A stretch of DNA of 64,000 bases from contig CAZEDO010000004.1 of the NCBI GenBank assembly GCA_964511085.1, positions 1,642 through 65,641 of the forward strand. Direction: 5' to 3'. A model generated the notes under the pieces. The model was not told the DNA's origin and ran no database searches. It saw only the letters and a program-made list of their open reading frames with translations. A program made the translations under genes and the position numbers. How positions within the stretch are numbered: position 1 is the first letter of the stretch; each line of letters opens with the position of its first letter. Shown in pieces: positions 10,475 to 21,240 of this stretch. The DNA is from an uncultured Lentimicrobiaceae bacterium. GTDB taxonomy: Bacteria > Bacteroidota > Bacteroidia > Bacteroidales > DASVHX01.

Positions 10475-12328
10475 ATGCCAGATGTAATCAGGCTTTTGCC
10501 CGATTCGGTAGCTAATCAGATAGCCGCAGGCGAAGTAATACAACGCCCAGCTTCAGCGGTTAAAGAACTTCTTGAAAATGGAGTTGATTCCGGAGCAACA
10601 GCAATACGGCTCAGTGTAAAAGAATCAGGGAAAAGCCTGATACAAGTTACAGATAATGGTAGTGGAATGTCAGAAACTGATGCCAGAATGAGTTTTGAGC
10701 GTCATGCTACTTCTAAAATAAAAGAAGCAAGCGATCTTTTCTCCATTCGCACACTAGGTTTTCGCGGTGAGGCTCTTGCTTCCATCGCAGCAATTGCACA
10801 GGTAGAACTTAAATCGCGTAAAGCCAATTCTGAATTAGGTACACGGCTGGAAATCGAAGGGTCCCAGGTAAAGAGCCAATCACCTTGCTCCTGCCCTGTC
10901 GGAACAACCGTTTCAGTGAAAAATTTATTCTTTAATGTCCCCGCCCGTCGTTACTTTCTCAAAACTGACACTGTCGAGTTGCGCCATATCATTGAGGAAT
11001 TTCAGAGGGTAGCATTGGTCAACCCTGAAATAGAATTTTCGTTCTATCAGAATGATAAATTAGTTTTTCAACTCGACCGCTCCACCCTAAGGCAGCGAAT
11101 CTCAGCAATCTTTGGGGCCCATCTTAACGAAAAGTTAGTTCCAGTGGAATTGTTGACGGATCTGGTTAATATTTCAGGATTTATTACTAAACCTGAATTT
11201 GTAAGAAAAACCCGTGGGGAGCAGTATTTTTTTGCAAATAATCGCTTTATTCGCCATCCATACCTTCATCATTCTGTGGAAAATGCCTATCAGGAGTTGA
11301 TCCCAGACGGTTCATTCCCTGTGTACTTCCTTTATATTGATGTTGATCCTCAAACAATTGACATCAATATCCATCCCACAAAAACGGAAGTTAATTTCCA
11401 GAATGGTCAGGTGATTTATGCTTCCTTACGTGCAGCAATAAAGCAATCGCTCGGAAAATTCAACCTTTCTTCAAGCATCGATTTTGAAAAAGAAACTTCT
11501 ATAGAAGTTAACTTCCCGGCAAACAGGCCAATAGTGCCTCCTACAATAAAAGTTGATCCTGATTTCAACCCATTTAAACGAGGGCAAGAGTCTATTCAAA
11601 GTGATAATCCAAGACCCGGAAACACACCAGAAAATTGGGAAAAGCTCTTCCCTCCTACCGGTGCAAGATCTCCAATGCATCCAAGCAGGCAATTTGAGGA
11701 TACTACTCCTGAACCTCGTCAATTAATCGAAGCGAATTTTGAAAAAACAGCTTTCAGTGATCCTTCACGCTCAATTATCCAGGTTCAAAACAAATTCATT
11801 GTTTCTAACGTTAAATCAGGGTTAGTTATCATTGATCAGCAACGTGCTCATGAACGCATTCTATTTGAAAAGTTTATGGATCGTATGGAGAAAACACATG
11901 TAGGGGCTCAACAGAGCCTTTTTCCACAAACAGTTCATTTGTCGGCAATTGATGCAGGAATTATTAACGATCTGCGTGAGGATATTAAGCACCTTGGTTT
12001 TGACTTAACAGAGTTTGGGCAAAATTCCTATGTTGTAAATGGCATTCCTGCTGATTTTCCTGATGAGGATGCTGGTACATTGCTGGAGAAAGTTATTGAA
12101 AACTTCAAAACAAACCGTTCAGCCTTAAACATTGATAAAAAGGTTAACTTAGCTCGTTCTTTAGCTCATAATCTATCGATAAGAAGTGGTAAATCCTTAC
12201 AGCCAGAAGAGATGCAAGTACTTGTAGGAGAACTTTTTGCATGCCGGATACCTGACTCCGCACCCGATGGAAGCCCGGCACTTAGAACAGTTTCCCTGGA
12301 CGAAATCGAGCGTCGGTTCAAATCATAA
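10475..12328 (+). CDS. mutL: DNA mismatch repair protein MutL
   Basis: GHKL ATPase N-terminus (IAAGEVIQRPASAVKELLENGVDSGAT, DNGSGM) and a C-terminal dimerisation region. Confidence 0.95.
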   Translation: MPDVIRLLPDSVANQIAAGEVIQRPASAVKELLENGVDSGATAIRLSVKESGKSLIQVTDNGSGMSETDARMSFERHATSKIKEASDLFSIRTLGFRGEALASIAAIAQVELKSRKANSELGTRLEIEGSQVKSQSPCSCPVGTTVSVKNLFFNVPARRYFLKTDTVELRHIIEEFQRVALVNPEIEFSFYQNDKLVFQLDRSTLRQRISAIFGAHLNEKLVPVELLTDLVNISGFITKPEFVRKTRGEQYFFANNRFIRHPYLHHSVENAYQELIPDGSFPVYFLYIDVDPQTIDINIHPTKTEVNFQNGQVIYASLRAAIKQSLGKFNLSSSIDFEKETSIEVNFPANRPIVPPTIKVDPDFNPFKRGQESIQSDNPRPGNTPENWEKLFPPTGARSPMHPSRQFEDTTPEPRQLIEANFEKTAFSDPSRSIIQVQNKFIVSNVKSGLVIIDQQRAHERILFEKFMDRMEKTHVGAQQSLFPQTVHLSAIDAGIINDLREDIKHLGFDLTEFGQNSYVVNGIPADFPDEDAGTLLEKVIENFKTNRSALNIDKKVNLARSLAHNLSIRSGKSLQPEEMQVLVGELFACRIPDSAPDGSPALRTVSLDEIERRFKS

Positions 12329-12348
12329 TATTGTATAAAAGATAAAAA

Positions 12349-13095
12349 ATGAGTTACGAACAATACAGACCCACAGGTTTCAGGGTGCTTCCGCCGGTAG
12401 TAAAGAACCTCCTTATTATTAACGGACTGTTTTTTCTGGCTACTATCTCTTTTGGAAGTGTCCTTAAAATCGATCTTACTGAAGTATTTGGACTGCATTA
12501 TTTTCAATCAGTCGCTTTCCGTCCGCACCAATTGGTCACATATATGTTTATGCATGGGAATTTTTCTCATATCCTTTTCAATATGTTCGCTTTATGGATG
12601 TTTGGGAATGTACTTGAAAACTTCTGGGGACCGAAAAGATTTCTGATCTATTACATGATTACGGGAATTGGTGCCGGACTTATCCAGTTATTAGTTATTT
12701 ATTTTCAGGTTTATTATGCTGAATTAAATTTAACAGCTGACCAGATTGCGCAGGTTCGTGAAACTGGATCCCAGATTATGCAGAACAACCAGAACTTTGT
12801 TGACCCTTTTATGGGAAAGCTTAATGCATTGTATAATATGACTACAGTAGGGGCATCCGGAGCTGTATTTGGATTGTTACTTGCTTTCGGAATGCTTTTC
12901 CCTAACACACTTATCTATATCTACTTTTTCATACCCATGAAGGCAAAATGGTTCGTTGTCATTTATGGTGTAATCGAGCTTTTTTCCGGCGTTTATAATA
13001 CAGGTAGTAACGTGGCTCACTTTGCCCATTTGGGAGGAATGTTATTCGGGTATTTTCTTATTGTTTATTGGAAGAAATACCCACATCAAAATTAA
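12349..13095 (+). CDS. rhomboid family intramembrane serine protease
   Basis: Polytopic membrane protein with the catalytic motifs GASGAVFG and HLGG. Confidence 0.85.
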   Translation: MSYEQYRPTGFRVLPPVVKNLLIINGLFFLATISFGSVLKIDLTEVFGLHYFQSVAFRPHQLVTYMFMHGNFSHILFNMFALWMFGNVLENFWGPKRFLIYYMITGIGAGLIQLLVIYFQVYYAELNLTADQIAQVRETGSQIMQNNQNFVDPFMGKLNALYNMTTVGASGAVFGLLLAFGMLFPNTLIYIYFFIPMKAKWFVVIYGVIELFSGVYNTGSNVAHFAHLGGMLFGYFLIVYWKKYPHQN

Positions 13096-13108
13096 TAGAT
13101 ACAATCAA

Positions 13109-14047
13109 ATGTTTCAAAACTCTGCAACAGTTAACCCTTTTACAAAATTTCTACAGAGCAGGTCAGCATTAGTATATCTGATTGGAATCAATGTTGTTAT
13201 CTGGATTGTTATCTTTCTTATCCGTTTGGTTGAATTCCTTTTTAGTAACGGCAATATTCAGGTGGCAGGTGCGGAGCTTACTCCCTGGGTTAACATTATA
13301 CTAAGTTGGTTGGCTGTTCCCGCGAGCTTACCGGTCCTTGCAGGAAAACCATACACTGTGGTTACTTATATGTTCCTTCATGAGAAATTCATGCATATCC
13401 TTTTTAATATGCTTTGGTTGTATTTGTTTGGCCAGATATTCCTTCAATTTTTATCTGGGAAACAACTTTTAGCAACATACATTTATGGTGGGCTTTCCGG
13501 TGCATTGATCTTTATTGCGGCTTTCAACTTTTTCCCGGTTTTTGAACCTGGCCTTTCAGCTTCAATGGCTTTAGGTGCTTCAGCTTCAGTAATGGCAATC
13601 GTTGTTTGTATCTCTTTTTTTATGCCTGATTATACTGTTCATCTGATCCTGATTGGTCCTGTGAAAATTAAATATATTGCCATTTTTTTCTTGGTAATGG
13701 ATATTGCAATGATTCCTTCTGGCAATGCAGGTGGGCATTTTGCACATTTAGGAGGTGCTATATGGGGTTTTTCCTATGTACGGCTTTTGAAGAGCGGCTT
13801 TGATCCTTCTGTTGTTTTTTCATCAAAATGGCTCTCATCATTAACCTTTAGCAATAAATCGCGGAAAACGAAATTTAAGAAGGTGCATGTTGCATCAAAA
13901 CCAGTTAATGATGATGAGTATAACCGTATGCGGGCAGAAAATCAGAAACGTATTGATGTTATTCTGGAAAAGATTTCGCGTTCTGGTTATTCCAGCTTAA
14001 CGAAAGAAGAAAAAGAATTTCTATTCAAATCAAGTAAAAAGTCGTAA
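13109..14047 (+). CDS. rhomboid family protein (second tandem copy) with basic C-terminal extension
   Basis: The ATG at 13109 (MFQNSATV) avoids overlap with the previous gene. Motifs GASASVMA and HLGG are present. Confidence 0.8.
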   Translation: MFQNSATVNPFTKFLQSRSALVYLIGINVVIWIVIFLIRLVEFLFSNGNIQVAGAELTPWVNIILSWLAVPASLPVLAGKPYTVVTYMFLHEKFMHILFNMLWLYLFGQIFLQFLSGKQLLATYIYGGLSGALIFIAAFNFFPVFEPGLSASMALGASASVMAIVVCISFFMPDYTVHLILIGPVKIKYIAIFFLVMDIAMIPSGNAGGHFAHLGGAIWGFSYVRLLKSGFDPSVVFSSKWLSSLTFSNKSRKTKFKKVHVASKPVNDDEYNRMRAENQKRIDVILEKISRSGYSSLTKEEKEFLFKSSKKS

Positions 14048-14083
14048 GGATAAGCGTGCTGAATATTCAAATTCCTGTAATGT

Positions 14084-15247
14084 ATGGCAAAACAGCGTCC
14101 AAAGAAAAAGGTTTCCGGTACCGGAAAAAAAAGGAAAGTTTCTATTTCATCGAAATTCTTTCTTTTTCTTAACACACTGGCAGTAATCCCTTTACTTGGT
14201 TCGTACCTTGCTGCATATATACCTCCTGAGCGTTTTTGGCCTGTTGCATTCCTTGGCCTGGCCTTCCCTGTACTTATATTTATTAACCTTCTATTCGTGA
14301 TTTTCTGGTTATTTCTGTGGCGCAAATACGTCCTGATTTCGCTGGCAGCAATATTGCTAGGTTGGTCTCATATCGGGTCTCATATCCGTTTCAATTCCCA
14401 GATTAATGCAGATGAGCTCAAAGGAAAAATTAAAATAATGTCGTACAATGTCCGCCTTTTTGATCTGTACAACTGGAAGGACAGCAAGTCAAGGGTTACC
14501 CGTGATAAGATATTTGATCTTATCTATGCCGAATCTCCTGACATCCTTTGTATTCAAGAATTTTACGGAGGCGATAAAAGCCATTTCAACGTATTGGATA
14601 CTTTAAAAAGCTTCAAATCAGCAAAATATGTCCATATCTCATATATAAGGAGCAAGCGTTCTAAACTCCCTGTTGGCATTGCCATTTTCAGCCGGCATCC
14701 GATTATCCGCAATCATGAAGTAACTTACACTGATAGTGAAGACAATTTTTGCATTTATTCCGATCTGCTCATTGGGCGGGATACCGTAAGGGTTATTAAT
14801 ACTCATCTTGAATCTATCAGACTGGGAAAGGAAGATTACCTTTTTGTATCTGATATGGCTTCAAACCGTACCGAAAACCATAATATCAGCCTTGGATCGA
14901 AAAAGATATTCGGAAAAATGCGTTCAGCTTACTTAGAACGAGCGGAACAAGTAAAAAGCGTTAGGGCCGAAATTGACAGTTCTCCTTATCCGGTAATACT
15001 CTGCGGTGATTTTAATGACACCCCTTCATCATATGTGTATCATAAAGTAGCTCAGAAACTTGATGACTCATTTGTGGAATCTGGCTATGGAATGGGCAAA
15101 TCTTACGCAGGAATACTTCCTTCATTCAGGATCGACTATATTTTTCATGATACGGCTTTTAAAGCTTATAATTATCAAACACTTGATGCCGAATATTCAG
15201 ATCATTACCCTATTACTACGCTCCTGGTTCGAAAACGATCCCGGTAG
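14084..15247 (+). CDS. endonuclease/exonuclease/phosphatase (EEP) family membrane protein
   Basis: N-terminal TM helices followed by EEP motifs (MSYNV, CIQE, CGDFNDTP, SDHYP). Confidence 0.8.
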   Translation: MAKQRPKKKVSGTGKKRKVSISSKFFLFLNTLAVIPLLGSYLAAYIPPERFWPVAFLGLAFPVLIFINLLFVIFWLFLWRKYVLISLAAILLGWSHIGSHIRFNSQINADELKGKIKIMSYNVRLFDLYNWKDSKSRVTRDKIFDLIYAESPDILCIQEFYGGDKSHFNVLDTLKSFKSAKYVHISYIRSKRSKLPVGIAIFSRHPIIRNHEVTYTDSEDNFCIYSDLLIGRDTVRVINTHLESIRLGKEDYLFVSDMASNRTENHNISLGSKKIFGKMRSAYLERAEQVKSVRAEIDSSPYPVILCGDFNDTPSSYVYHKVAQKLDDSFVESGYGMGKSYAGILPSFRIDYIFHDTAFKAYNYQTLDAEYSDHYPITTLLVRKRSR

Positions 15248-15267
15248 TTGCTTCAAAAACTCAATTT

Positions 15268-16401
15268 ATGATTCCTCGTTTGAGTAAACCCTTCATAAAG
15301 CGCATTCTTTTGTGGATCAACTTATTCTCAATTATAAGTTTAATCTGTGCTTATCTTGCACCCTATATAAGTCCGGTTGTTTTTTGGCCAATAGCTTTCT
15401 TCGGGCTTGCATTCCCGGTTATAGTATTAATAAATGCTGTAATATCGCTGATCTGGTTGTTTATATCCCCTCGGTTTGCGCTATTATCATTGATTCTTAT
15501 ACTTGCCGGAATCAGGCCGATAAAAAATGAATATCAATGGAAATCTAACAAAACTGATAATATTAAAACAGGTATTTCAATTGTTTCATATAATGTCCAT
15601 GATTTTAGTGGGATAAATGATGGAGTCCGACATCATTCGGTTCAGCAAGAAATTTTCACCTTTATCCGTAGTCACAAACCTCAGATCATTTGTTTGCAGG
15701 ATTTGCCAGTTTATTGGAAAGAGCGCTGTACAACACTCGATGGATTCGCCAGGGAACTTAATATGAAAAGCATCTATATTAATTCATTTGCCGGAGATAC
15801 GGTACGTTCATTTAACTCCACCGCTTTGCTTACTAGTTATACAAAGATAGGTTTCGGCGAGCTTTCCGATCCGAATAATCTTTCATTTGCTGTTTATAAT
15901 GACTTACAAATCGGCACAGATACCTTAAGGGTTTATTCAGTTCATCTGTCATCTATTATGCTATTTGGGGAGAAATCGATGCTTACAGCTAGTGGCCTTG
16001 TTACCGGTGATAAATCCGGAATGCCGCGGCAAATGTTTCGGATTATACGCAAATTGAGGGCGGCATTCATACGCAGGGCAACGCAGGCAGATATTTTGAA
16101 AGCCAATATTCTAAGAAGCCCTTTTCCTGTTATAGTTTGCGGCGATTTTAATGACACGCCGCTTTCATATGCCATACACACGATCAGAAAAGGCTTGAAA
16201 GATAGTTTTATCGAAAAAGGATATGGGTTTGGGCGAACCTATATTGGCAGTAATGTTCCTTTGCGGATTGATAATGTGTTTGCCGATCCATCATTTTACG
16301 TCAGCAAGCATGAGGTTGTTAATATTCGTCTTTCTGATCATCTTCCGGTATTAACTCATCTTTGGTTAGAAAAAAAGCCTGTATCCTTAAATGGAAAATA
16401 A
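15268..16401 (+). CDS. endonuclease/exonuclease/phosphatase (EEP) family membrane protein (tandem paralogue)
   Basis: Same architecture as the preceding gene (VSYNV, CLQD, CGDFNDTP, SDHLP). Confidence 0.8.
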   Translation: MIPRLSKPFIKRILLWINLFSIISLICAYLAPYISPVVFWPIAFFGLAFPVIVLINAVISLIWLFISPRFALLSLILILAGIRPIKNEYQWKSNKTDNIKTGISIVSYNVHDFSGINDGVRHHSVQQEIFTFIRSHKPQIICLQDLPVYWKERCTTLDGFARELNMKSIYINSFAGDTVRSFNSTALLTSYTKIGFGELSDPNNLSFAVYNDLQIGTDTLRVYSVHLSSIMLFGEKSMLTASGLVTGDKSGMPRQMFRIIRKLRAAFIRRATQADILKANILRSPFPVIVCGDFNDTPLSYAIHTIRKGLKDSFIEKGYGFGRTYIGSNVPLRIDNVFADPSFYVSKHEVVNIRLSDHLPVLTHLWLEKKPVSLNGK

Positions 16402-16440
16402 TTTACGAATAGCTTACTTTTGTTTTCTATAAGTGCTGAC

Positions 16441-18465
16441 ATGCTGTTTCAACTTATTTCTGATTTTACTCCAACCGGCGATCAACCTGATGCCATACAA
16501 CAGTTGGTCGAAGGCCTCCGGCGAGGTGAATCTGCTCAAACTCTGCTGGGTGTTACAGGATCAGGAAAAACCTTTACTATTGCTAACGTGATTGCTCAGG
16601 TTCAGCGGCCTACACTTATCCTAAGCCATAACAAGACACTTGCAGCCCAACTATATGGTGAATTCAAGCAGTTTTTTCCTCAAAATGCAGTTGAGTACTT
16701 TGTATCTTATTATGATTACTATCAACCTGAAGCATACATTCCTGTCACCAACACCTACATTGAAAAAGACTTATCGATAAACGAAGAAATTGAAAAATTG
16801 CGTCTTAGCGCATCATCATCACTATTATCAGGGCGGCGTGATGTAATTGTGGTTTCTTCTGTTTCATGCATCTACGGTATCGGTAACCCTGAAGACTTTT
16901 CTAACAGTGTAATTCGCATCAGGCAAGGCGAGACGATCAGCCGCAATAAATTCCTGTATTCACTTGTAGAAAGTCTTTATGCCCGTAATGATATTGAATT
17001 TTCGCGAGGCACTTTTCGTGTAAAGGGCGACTCGGTGGACATTTTCCCGGCTTATGCCGATATTGCCTACAGGGTAATCTTTTTTGGCGATGATATTGAA
17101 GCTATTGAATCCTTTGACCCTGTTGGAGGAAGCCTTATTCAAATGCACGATAATCTCTCAATATATCCGGCTAATATTTTCATAACATCAAAAGACAAAA
17201 TGAAAGATGCCATTTATGGTATTCAGGATGATTTGATGAAACAGGTGGATTATTTCAGGGAAACCGGTAAAGGGTTGGAAGCTAAAAGGCTTGAAGACCG
17301 CGTTACTTATGATATGGAGATGATGCGCGAATTGGGCTACTGTTCGGGGATAGAAAACTATTCGCGTTACTTTGATGGTCGCGCACCCGGATCCAGGCCA
17401 TTTTGCCTGATCGATTACTTCCCAAAGGATTTTCTGGTAGTGATAGATGAAAGCCATGTTACAATTCCCCAAATTCGGGCTATGTATGGTGGCGACCGGT
17501 CGCGAAAAATCACACTTGTTGATTATGGCTTCAGGTTGCCTTCCGCCATTGATAACCGCCCTTTGAAATTTGAAGAATTTGAGTCGATGGTTGATCAGGT
17601 GATTTACGTAAGCGCCACCCCTGCCGATTATGAACTACAGCAATCTGAAGGAGTTGTTGTTGAGCAACTGATAAGGCCAACAGGCCTGCTTGATCCGATT
17701 ATTGAAATCAGGCCAAGCCTGAACCAGGTTGATGATCTTCTCGACGAAATAGATAAACGAATACAACTTAGTGAACGCACTCTGGTAACTACTCTCACAA
17801 AGCGCATGGCCGAGGAACTGACCAAATATATGTCCAAACTGAATATTCGTTGCCGTTACATCCATTCCGATGTTGATACTCTGGAACGGGTTGAAATACT
17901 CCGCGATTTACGAATGGGGGTGTTTGATGTCCTTGTTGGTGTAAACCTGCTCAGGGAAGGGCTTGATTTGCCCGAAGTATCACTGGTAGCTATCCTGGAT
18001 GCTGATAAAGAAGGATTTCTGAGATCGGAACGATCTCTTACCCAAACTGCAGGCCGCGCAGCCCGAAATTTAAATAGCCGGGTGATTATGTATGCTGATA
18101 AAATAACCGCTTCCATGCAACGTACAATTGATGAGACCAATCGCAAACGCGATAAACAGAGTGCGTACAACCTTGCAAATAACATTACTCCGACTCAGAT
18201 AATAAAAAGTATTGAATCGATAATGGGGCAGACAGCAGTTGCAAATTCGCCTGGCAAAACTTCAAAACCATATATCGAAAACATGAATATTGACGTTGCT
18301 GCAGATCCAATTGTTAAATATATGTCAGCAGATCAATTGCAAAAGTTGATTTCCGAAACCCGCCGCTCAATGGAAAAAGCTGCTAAAGAGCTTGACTTTT
18401 ATGAAGCTGCCCGTTTACGTGATGAAATGAATGCATACAAAGAACTACTCGAACATCACAAATAG
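16441..18465 (+). CDS. uvrB: excinuclease ABC subunit B
   Basis: The ATG at 16441 gives MLFQLISDFTPTGDQPDAI, matching the UvrB N-terminus. Walker A GVTGSGKTFT and the C-terminal UVR motif (YEAARLRDEM) are present. Confidence 0.95.
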   Translation: MLFQLISDFTPTGDQPDAIQQLVEGLRRGESAQTLLGVTGSGKTFTIANVIAQVQRPTLILSHNKTLAAQLYGEFKQFFPQNAVEYFVSYYDYYQPEAYIPVTNTYIEKDLSINEEIEKLRLSASSSLLSGRRDVIVVSSVSCIYGIGNPEDFSNSVIRIRQGETISRNKFLYSLVESLYARNDIEFSRGTFRVKGDSVDIFPAYADIAYRVIFFGDDIEAIESFDPVGGSLIQMHDNLSIYPANIFITSKDKMKDAIYGIQDDLMKQVDYFRETGKGLEAKRLEDRVTYDMEMMRELGYCSGIENYSRYFDGRAPGSRPFCLIDYFPKDFLVVIDESHVTIPQIRAMYGGDRSRKITLVDYGFRLPSAIDNRPLKFEEFESMVDQVIYVSATPADYELQQSEGVVVEQLIRPTGLLDPIIEIRPSLNQVDDLLDEIDKRIQLSERTLVTTLTKRMAEELTKYMSKLNIRCRYIHSDVDTLERVEILRDLRMGVFDVLVGVNLLREGLDLPEVSLVAILDADKEGFLRSERSLTQTAGRAARNLNSRVIMYADKITASMQRTIDETNRKRDKQSAYNLANNITPTQIIKSIESIMGQTAVANSPGKTSKPYIENMNIDVAADPIVKYMSADQLQKLISETRRSMEKAAKELDFYEAARLRDEMNAYKELLEHHK

Positions 18466-18765
18466 TATTTCTCCTTACTTTCCAACCTGCATTTTTTCGA
18501 TCATCCTCCGACTACATCTTCTCTGCATTATCGGTGTTATTTTTCAAAATGCTTCTTTTTCTATACTTCTTACTTCATTATTAACCACAGGTCTCTGGTA
18601 GCGGGATCATAAATCCCAAGTCATTTAATAATTATCAATATTACCTATTTATACTGCGACAATTAATTAATGAATGGTTTAACTCATTTTACATTTATAG
18701 CGGCTTTTTAGAATACTAATATTTGAACTCAACCAACTCGGAATCACTCTTATATACTCATTGCC

Positions 18766-21033
18766 ATGCGGATTAAAAAAATAGATAAACCAAATAAAAA
18801 TTCAGCTATTCCCGACAATCAAAACTTATTTTATCAACTTTCTGAAGAACCTTTTCCCGCAATTAGCAGAGAAGATCAAATTCCAGATCAAGTTGATTAC
18901 ATGCTTATCAGGCACAATTTCGAATTACATACTATATCTGAATGTATAGATTGTCTGATAAACGGAGCAGATATTGGAAGGGCTCTAAAAATGTCATTTC
19001 AAAAGCTTGAAACAGCCTTTGAAATCGCTCATCTATCTTTGTTCAAATATCAGAACATTGGCGAAAATCTATCCGAAAATTTTAACGTATTTACGAATTT
19101 TGAATCTTCAGAAAATCCTATTCAGGGCAATCATATCAACGAATTCTACGAAGATTTGAATCTTGTCCGTTTTGTCGAAAAATTATCATCAGGCCATTCT
19201 GTTAAAGAGATCGCTGGCAGCTTGCTTACTACAATGAAACCTTTAAATCACCCGCTTAACCAAATGCAGACATTAATATTGCCTGTGTTTTCATCGAATA
19301 TATTTTGGGGCATACTTGTTTTGATCAAGGATAGCAGAGTGCTGGAATGGAGTATTGAGTCTGAAAAAAATCTTAAGTTATTTACTTCAATACTAGGAGG
19401 CGTTCTACATCAAAATAAGACCCGTCAGATCCTTGTTGATGCTATGCAGCTAGCAATGGATGCTAACCATGCTAAGTCAGAGTTTTTAGCAACTATGAGT
19501 CATGAAATACGTACACCGATGAATGGCGTTCTTGGAATGACAGGGCTTCTGATGCAAACAGAACTTACCAAAGTCCAAAAGGAATATGTTCGGATTATAG
19601 AAACTAGTGGCGACAACTTAATGACTATAATAAATGGAATCCTTGACTTTTCGAAAATTGAATCGGGAAAAATGGATCTCGAAAAAAATCCATTTGACTT
19701 AAGGCTTTTAGTGGAAGAAGTAATTGATCTTATGGCTAACCGGGTTTACGAGAAGCACCTTAGTTTCAATTATTACATGGATCCATTAATACAAACAGAA
19801 CTGATTGGAGACGAAAGCCGCGTTAAGCAAGTTCTGATAAACCTGATTGGTAATGCAATAAAGTTCACTGATAAGGGCGAGATAAGTGTAACAGTGGAGA
19901 AAACCAATCAGATGGGCAATAATCACGAAATAACAATAAGCGTAAAAGACACTGGAATTGGAATAGCAAAAGATAAAATTGATACTTTATTTGGCCGCTT
20001 TACGCAAGCTGATCCTTCTATCTCAAGGAAATATGGAGGTTCTGGGCTTGGATTAGCTATTTCGGCCCGCTTAGCAGGATTGATGAAAGGTTGTATCAAA
20101 ACTGAAAGTGAACCAGGTAAAGGTTCAACCTTCCACTTCTCTTTTATAGCAAAGGTGTCACAGGAAATTATTGGCCTGAAAAACCAAACATTGCTTAAAG
20201 ATAAAAAAAGTGATAAAAGAATATTAATAGCCATAGATGACCCGACATCTGCATCTTTTCTGGTTAATCATTTCACTTATTGGGGTATGCAGGCTGAATG
20301 TGTAAATGACGCTACCCAAACATCGGCTGCATTAACAAATAATTCAATTGATTTGCTAGTGATCAGTAAAGAAATACTTGATAAAACTGATCCTAAACTA
20401 ATTGAAGCTTTGCGTAATAAACAACAAGGTGACCTGCTGCCGGTGATAATGATCACGCCAATGGGCTACTCGCATATTTCAAAAAAGAATGAAAAACAAA
20501 TCATTTGCTACATAAGTAATCCGATAAAATATTCGCAGCTTGCAGCAGCTGTAGCACAATTTGTTGAGAGCAATATAACACCTGCTAAAGTAACCGTCAA
20601 AGCTAAAGAACCACAGCAGGATAAGAATCTGGCGAATCTCTTCCCGTTAAAAATTTTAGTAGCAGAGGATAATGACATAAATCAACGTATTGTTCGTATG
20701 ATCTTCGAAAAGATAGGTTATCTTATCACAATGGTATCAGATGGAAAAGAAGTGATTGATATTCTCAGGAAAGAGTCCTTCGACCTGATATTCATGGATA
20801 TTCAAATGCCAAATATAGATGGCTTCGAAGCAACTTCCGCTATACGTTTTAACACAAACATACTTCAACCGATAATTATTGCAATGACCGCCAGTGCGAT
20901 GGCTGGTGATAAACAAAACTGCCTGAGCGCTGGAATGGACGATTATGTTAGCAAACCAATAAGATTGGAAGACATCCGTAATATAATTACAAAATGGGGT
21001 AAATACACAACCTTAGCTTCTAAGAAAAACTAG
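18766..21033 (+). CDS. hybrid sensor histidine kinase with one degenerate and one canonical receiver domain
   Basis: H-box ATMSHEIRTPMNGVLG and HATPase motifs (NAIKFT, DTGIGI, GGSGLGLAI). One REC-like region lacks the acceptor Asp (DLLVISKE). The canonical REC reads DLIFMDIQMPNIDG. Confidence 0.85.
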   Translation: MRIKKIDKPNKNSAIPDNQNLFYQLSEEPFPAISREDQIPDQVDYMLIRHNFELHTISECIDCLINGADIGRALKMSFQKLETAFEIAHLSLFKYQNIGENLSENFNVFTNFESSENPIQGNHINEFYEDLNLVRFVEKLSSGHSVKEIAGSLLTTMKPLNHPLNQMQTLILPVFSSNIFWGILVLIKDSRVLEWSIESEKNLKLFTSILGGVLHQNKTRQILVDAMQLAMDANHAKSEFLATMSHEIRTPMNGVLGMTGLLMQTELTKVQKEYVRIIETSGDNLMTIINGILDFSKIESGKMDLEKNPFDLRLLVEEVIDLMANRVYEKHLSFNYYMDPLIQTELIGDESRVKQVLINLIGNAIKFTDKGEISVTVEKTNQMGNNHEITISVKDTGIGIAKDKIDTLFGRFTQADPSISRKYGGSGLGLAISARLAGLMKGCIKTESEPGKGSTFHFSFIAKVSQEIIGLKNQTLLKDKKSDKRILIAIDDPTSASFLVNHFTYWGMQAECVNDATQTSAALTNNSIDLLVISKEILDKTDPKLIEALRNKQQGDLLPVIMITPMGYSHISKKNEKQIICYISNPIKYSQLAAAVAQFVESNITPAKVTVKAKEPQQDKNLANLFPLKILVAEDNDINQRIVRMIFEKIGYLITMVSDGKEVIDILRKESFDLIFMDIQMPNIDGFEATSAIRFNTNILQPIIIAMTASAMAGDKQNCLSAGMDDYVSKPIRLEDIRNIITKWGKYTTLASKKN

Positions 21034-21189
21034 TGCCAATGAATACTTCCAATGACAGGATTTATTGACGCAAAAATATTGATGATTACAATTTGTTTGC
21101 CCCTAATCTGAGTGAGATTGCTGCTTGCGGAGCTAATCATTAAAATAGCTGAAACTTCAACTGCTCTTACCACAAAGTCCATAAAATTC

Positions 21190-21228
21190 AAAAAAAAACG
21201 CCGTCCAGAATGGGCGACGTTTTTTTTG
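21190..21228. terminator. bidirectional Rho-independent terminator
   Basis: A8 run, hairpin ACGCCGTC / GGCGACGT (one mismatch), T8 run. It lies between the convergent kinase and FKBP genes. Confidence 0.6.
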
Positions 21229-21240
21229 AAATTAGAATCT

